This document shows positions 60,278 through 64,000 of a stretch of 64,000 bases of DNA, in pieces. The notes under the pieces are model-generated. The model saw only the letters and a program-made list of their open reading frames with translations, searched no databases and was not told the origin of the DNA. Positions within the stretch are counted from its first letter, which is position 1, and every line of letters starts with the position of its first letter. Made by a program: the position numbers and the translations under genes. This DNA is from a virus: IMG/VR virus record IMGVR_UViG_3300046333_000090, one strand, 5' to 3'.

Positions 60278-63200
60278 TTAAGAAGCAGTACTGATAATTC
60301 TAAGATTTTTTATGGTTGGGTACGATGCTTGATTGTCAGATTTACAAACAATCTTGATTTGAAATTTTTTGTATTGTGGTATGTTTCGTAATTCAAATCT
60401 AAACTCTTTAAAATCACTATTGGCTGGGTATACAATAGATGGAACCAATACAAAGTTATTATTATCAAAATTAGGAGAATTGTCTTCTCTGGATAACTTT
60501 AGATATACTTCAATACTCTCACTGGCGTTTCTAGTTGCATCCAATATGATAGTAATTGCTTGCGACGGAAGAATTAATGATATAGGTTTAGTGATGTATA
60601 CGAATGATGACATAATATAATTAGGTAACAACTCATTCCCAGCAACATTATTAATTATATTGGTGGTAGCTACTACAGAACATTTATCATAGTCAATAAT
60701 TGGTGAGATATTTTCGTTACTGGTGGACATATCTATATTTAATTTCATAGATTTGGTGCCCAATATCGCTTCATTATCGGTAGATGCCACCAATAATGGT
60801 TTGTTGAAATTAGTAGTTTTATCTATAGACAGATCAGAAGTAAATGGAATATATGATGGTTGGATTAGATTAGTACTAGAAATACTAGTTCCAGTAGTGG
60901 CGATTAATGATAAATTAACATTAGTTTCTGGGAAATATTTATAAGATATGTTTGGTGTGACTGATTCATATTGGTGATTGACAGAAACACTAATATTATC
61001 CCCACCACAAACATTCGTATAATTGGCACTAGAAATAGCGTATACCCCAAAATTATCTAAATCAATTGGTACAATCGAAGTAAAGGTTTTATTTAATTCT
61101 ACTAGTGGAATACCATTTATAGAATAAATCTCTACTACACTATTTGTTAAATGCTGAATGATTGAAGTGTTATTCTTACCTCTACCACCAGCAGGGATAG
61201 TGATTAATTTTGTGCCATTATTCACATTAATATATGATAGGATCTCATCATCTATTTTGATATAACCTGGATTGGTGATAGATATTGGTAGATTATTTAT
61301 AAATTGAGGTACCAATTCAGGAGTTTCTACTGGTATCGTTGTAGCCACTGTATACTGAGTGTCAGAAATAATATCAGTCAATATAGTTGGAATATAATTA
61401 GACACTATATTCTTTATAGTCACACTGTTATTAGTGGTGTGCATCCCATGATTTTTGGAATATACACTAACTAAGTTGCTATTTTTTGTTGTGGTTATAT
61501 AATTTCCAATAATTTCTGGGAGATTGTCTTCATTATTAAAATTAATATTTCCAGTCAAACTAAATTTTGCTTTATTCAACTTGAATTTTATCGATTTCTT
61601 ATTGTCTGCGATCCAATTTTTATAGTTTTGTGGGACGTATAGATTGGAAATATTAGGATTTTTGATTGAAACTATATCAGTTGTATTTTTTACTTCAAAG
61701 TCATTACTGAATATTTCATAATTATTTGAGTTAGATAGTACACAAATACAATATTGAGTATTGTCCTTTAAGTATACCATATTATTAAATTTAATAATAG
61801 TAGGCGTATTTCCATCACTACTGGTAACTATATCTTTTGTATTTACGCTTATTTCTGAGTATGGTAGAATAGTTTCAGTAGGATAGTTATTTTCAACAGT
61901 TCTCAACTGAACTATTAAAGGGATGAAATTATCTTTTTTGTTGAAGAATAGTTCTAATGAGGTGATAAAGCAGCCACCAACAATATTGTTATTAAATGAT
62001 TGAGTTATTGGACTATTCCAACCATTATTGTTGATGATATTACCATTGATCTGATTTTGAATTATGTTAGTGTCATTATTTTCAGGAATGCTTAGTGAGA
62101 TGATGTCTTTAGTTTCGATGTTAGAATTGCCACCACACTGAAATATGGTTTTAGCAAATGTAGTATTACCAATTGCGGATAACACTAGTGTTCCTACTGA
62201 AAATTTGTAATCGCTTTTAGTTGGGTTGGGAATAAATACATTTCCTGCAAAATTACCATTGTCATCACTAATGATATCAGTGTTTGTCAAAATTGCAATT
62301 GCCCCCGAAGTTTGTCCAATGATGTATGTGCCGACTCCAATATCCTCCACATTAAACTGATACCCGTCATTCCAATTTATTTTTATGGTGTTAGTGGTGC
62401 CAGTGTACACTCCACTAGATAAACTATCTACTTTGGCGGATATATAATTTGATAGTACTGTTGGCTGATATCTTGAACCTGTTAATACTCTAGTATTGAC
62501 ATTTCTCCACAACAATTTTTCACCAACTACAAATGATATAGTATTAGTGCCATTAGTACCATCCTTTTTAATTACACAAGTAGAGGGTACTACTAGATCT
62601 GTAATATTTTTTGAATTTATATATACATCCAGTTTAGTGTTTGGTTTTAGTGCATCTATATTTATTTTTATAGTTTGTTGTTTTAAGTAATTGTTGGTGT
62701 TAGTATTTTTCTTAGTAGATTTGTTGCTGGTGATAGGCAACCAATTTTCTTTGTCAGAGTAATCTCCATAAAACCAATTGTCAGAACTAGGATGAGTGTT
62801 TATAACACCTTCCCAATTATTCAACGCATATGGATTGACCTTCAATACATAATTTTTGTTATTTTGTTCGATAAATGTTGCCTCAGTATATGGTAGACTG
62901 ATTAAATTATTGCTTATTTTGTAACTACCATTATTAATTTTCAATTTTATATTTTTACTTGCAGTCTTTGGTACTAAAGTTTGATCATCGGGATTTATGC
63001 TGCTTTTATATGCTAAATTACTTATGTCGGATAATTGGTAATTTAAAAATTCATCTACCACAAATCCAGTCTTTAGTCGAACTATTCCAGTATTGTCTAG
63101 TAATACTGTATTATTGGCAGTAGATTCTAATTTGTTTAATGCTATTTCATTTTCTGTATTTTTTATTCTTTTTTCTAAATTTCCAATATCTTCCATAGTG

Positions 63201-64000
63201 TATCTCTTGTTTGGATACACCACAGTTTTAATGTCACTAATAGCTTTAACTACTGGTGGGATTTGTAATGTTGCTATCGCCAAACAATCTTGTGGCAGAT
63301 CGGGATTATTTGGATTGTTTGCCGAAATACCACTAATTATTCTACATTTACCAGTAGTATCTATTATTAGTAAATCTGTTCTAGGAGTGTAATAATTATA
63401 ATCACCTTTTAGTATGGTGCTTGGTGCAGGAAATGATCTTAGTTTTAATAGTCTGGTGCTGGGGTTTAGACCACTATACAACAAACTATATGGGGATAGG
63501 AGATTGCCTAGTCCAACAATTGTTGGAGATTTAGCATAGTATCTCAAATCGATTATATTAGTCTCTATATCATCAGTTGGGTTGATGTAAGAATCAATAC
63601 TCGTTATATCTCCTATACTAGTGTTAAAATAATCAAACACCACTACTAAATGATTGGTGGGTATGTTACTATTATTGATTATGGTCAATTTGTCGATGTC
63701 ATGAATGTTATTATTACTATTTTTTATTAATTTGTAATTGCCAGTTACATCAATATAATTTCCTCTATATACATTTGTCACTGTACTAGTAGTTGCAGTA
63801 TTCCAATTGAACGCTGTATCAGCAATATTAAAATGATTGCTACTGTAATATATTAAATTTAATATATTACCAGTTATGCCTATTATTTTGGCTTTTATAT
63901 TCTTGTTATAAACAATATCACCTACATTAAATAATGAATTGTTGGATATAGTGATATTGTCGAAACATTCATTAGTGTAGTTGTTATTGGTATTGTCATT
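60278..64000 (-). CDS. very large virion structural protein (DUF4815-like), start beyond the window end
   Basis: KRYTM.DIG.LEKRI.N.E, RLKTGFVVD.F, VNPY, QSF...GG.FITS..LFF..KD. The frame stays open from 63781 to 64000. Confidence 0.8.
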   Translation of the reverse strand, partial: NDNTNNNYTNECFDNITISNNSLFNVGDIVYNKNIKAKIIGITGNILNLIYYSSNHFNIADTAFNWNTATTSTVTNVYRGNYIDVTGNYKLIKNSNNNIHDIDKLTIINNSNIPTNHLVVVFDYFNTSIGDITSIDSYINPTDDIETNIIDLRYYAKSPTIVGLGNLLSPYSLLYSGLNPSTRLLKLRSFPAPSTILKGDYNYYTPRTDLLIIDTTGKCRIISGISANNPNNPDLPQDCLAIATLQIPPVVKAISDIKTVVYPNKRYTMEDIGNLEKRIKNTENEIALNKLESTANNTVLLDNTGIVRLKTGFVVDEFLNYQLSDISNLAYKSSINPDDQTLVPKTASKNIKLKINNGSYKISNNLISLPYTEATFIEQNNKNYVLKVNPYALNNWEGVINTHPSSDNWFYGDYSDKENWLPITSNKSTKKNTNTNNYLKQQTIKINIDALKPNTKLDVYINSKNITDLVVPSTCVIKKDGTNGTNTISFVVGEKLLWRNVNTRVLTGSRYQPTVLSNYISAKVDSLSSGVYTGTTNTIKINWNDGYQFNVEDIGVGTYIIGQTSGAIAILTNTDIISDDNGNFAGNVFIPNPTKSDYKFSVGTLVLSAIGNTTFAKTIFQCGGNSNIETKDIISLSIPENNDTNIIQNQINGNIINNNGWNSPITQSFNNNIVGGCFITSLELFFNKKDNFIPLIVQLRTVENNYPTETILPYSEISVNTKDIVTSSDGNTPTIIKFNNMVYLKDNTQYCICVLSNSNNYEIFSNDFEVKNTTDIVSIKNPNISNLYVPQNYKNWIADNKKSIKFKLNKAKFSLTGNINFNNEDNLPEIIGNYITTTKNSNLVSVYSKNHGMHTTNNSVTIKNIVSNYIPTILTDIISDTQYTVATTIPVETPELVPQFINNLPISITNPGYIKIDDEILSYINVNNGTKLITIPAGGRGKNNTSIIQHLTNSVVEIYSINGIPLVELNKTFTSIVPIDLDNFGVYAISSANYTNVCGGDNISVSVNHQYESVTPNISYKYFPETNVNLSLIATTGTSISSTNLIQPSYIPFTSDLSIDKTTNFNKPLLVASTDNEAILGTKSMKLNIDMSTSNENISPIIDYDKCSVVATTNIINNVAGNELLPNYIMSSFVYITKPISLILPSQAITIILDATRNASESIEVYLKLSREDNSPNFDNNNFVLVPSIVYPANSDFKEFRFELRNIPQYKKFQIKIVCKSDNQASYPTIKNLRIISTAS

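Larger units (their letters stand above)
1534..63864. repeat. dispersed palindrome (T)ATTAAATTTAAT(A), at least 29 copies
   Basis: 12-mer core starts: 1536, 8622, 9547, 12345, 12411, 15894, 17339, 20700, 21149, 21421, 24463, 27033, 27479, 29632, 35106, 37376, 38817, 40937, 42634, 44204, 46696, 49745, 50775, 51756, 55233, 58669, 59152, 61784, 63852. Confidence 0.9.

Noticed and set aside
1-64000. tRNA/rRNA genes, and DGR or retron reverse transcriptase
   Set aside because: No cloverleaf or T-loop signature and no RT motif were noticed by eye. tRNAscan/Infernal would be needed to exclude them formally.

Overview
A 64-kb, very AT-rich segment of a large T4-like myovirus, most likely a cyanophage. 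The host call is inferred from cyanophage-type gp7/YHYH, DUF4815-like and FmdB-like genes and an IS200/IS605 TnpB. Contents: (i) replication and transcription genes (exonuclease, gp33, gp59, gp32); (ii) baseplate, tail and neck genes in scrambled order (gp53, gp48, gp4, gp2, gp54, gp26/gp51, two tape-measure-like peptidoglycan hydrolases, gp27-like, gp5, fibres, PAAR, gp7, gp13, N-part of gp17); (iii) a ~13-kb early/accessory island (29.6-43.3 kb) led by a ParB-like gene and built from repeated terminator-promoter modules; (iv) many selfish elements (HNH family with deletion derivatives, GIY-YIG, TnpB, a ~120-bp dispersed repeat). Main observations: (1) The large-terminase gene is broken just before its Walker A motif by a 59-nt hairpin gap flanked by matching CCT codons, a candidate programmed translational bypass. 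It then ends in a 30-aa atypical split-intein N fragment. (2) The palindrome (T)ATTAAATTTAAT(A) occurs at least 29 times, including inside genes, in a genome encoding a ParB/Noc-like protein, suggesting a phage parS/NBS-like system. (3) An HNH gene family and a dispersed promoter/terminator repeat are physically linked and sit at rearrangement breakpoints. (4) A probable -1 frameshift fuses gp26 to a start-less gp51. All product calls come from motif recognition by eye, not database searches.
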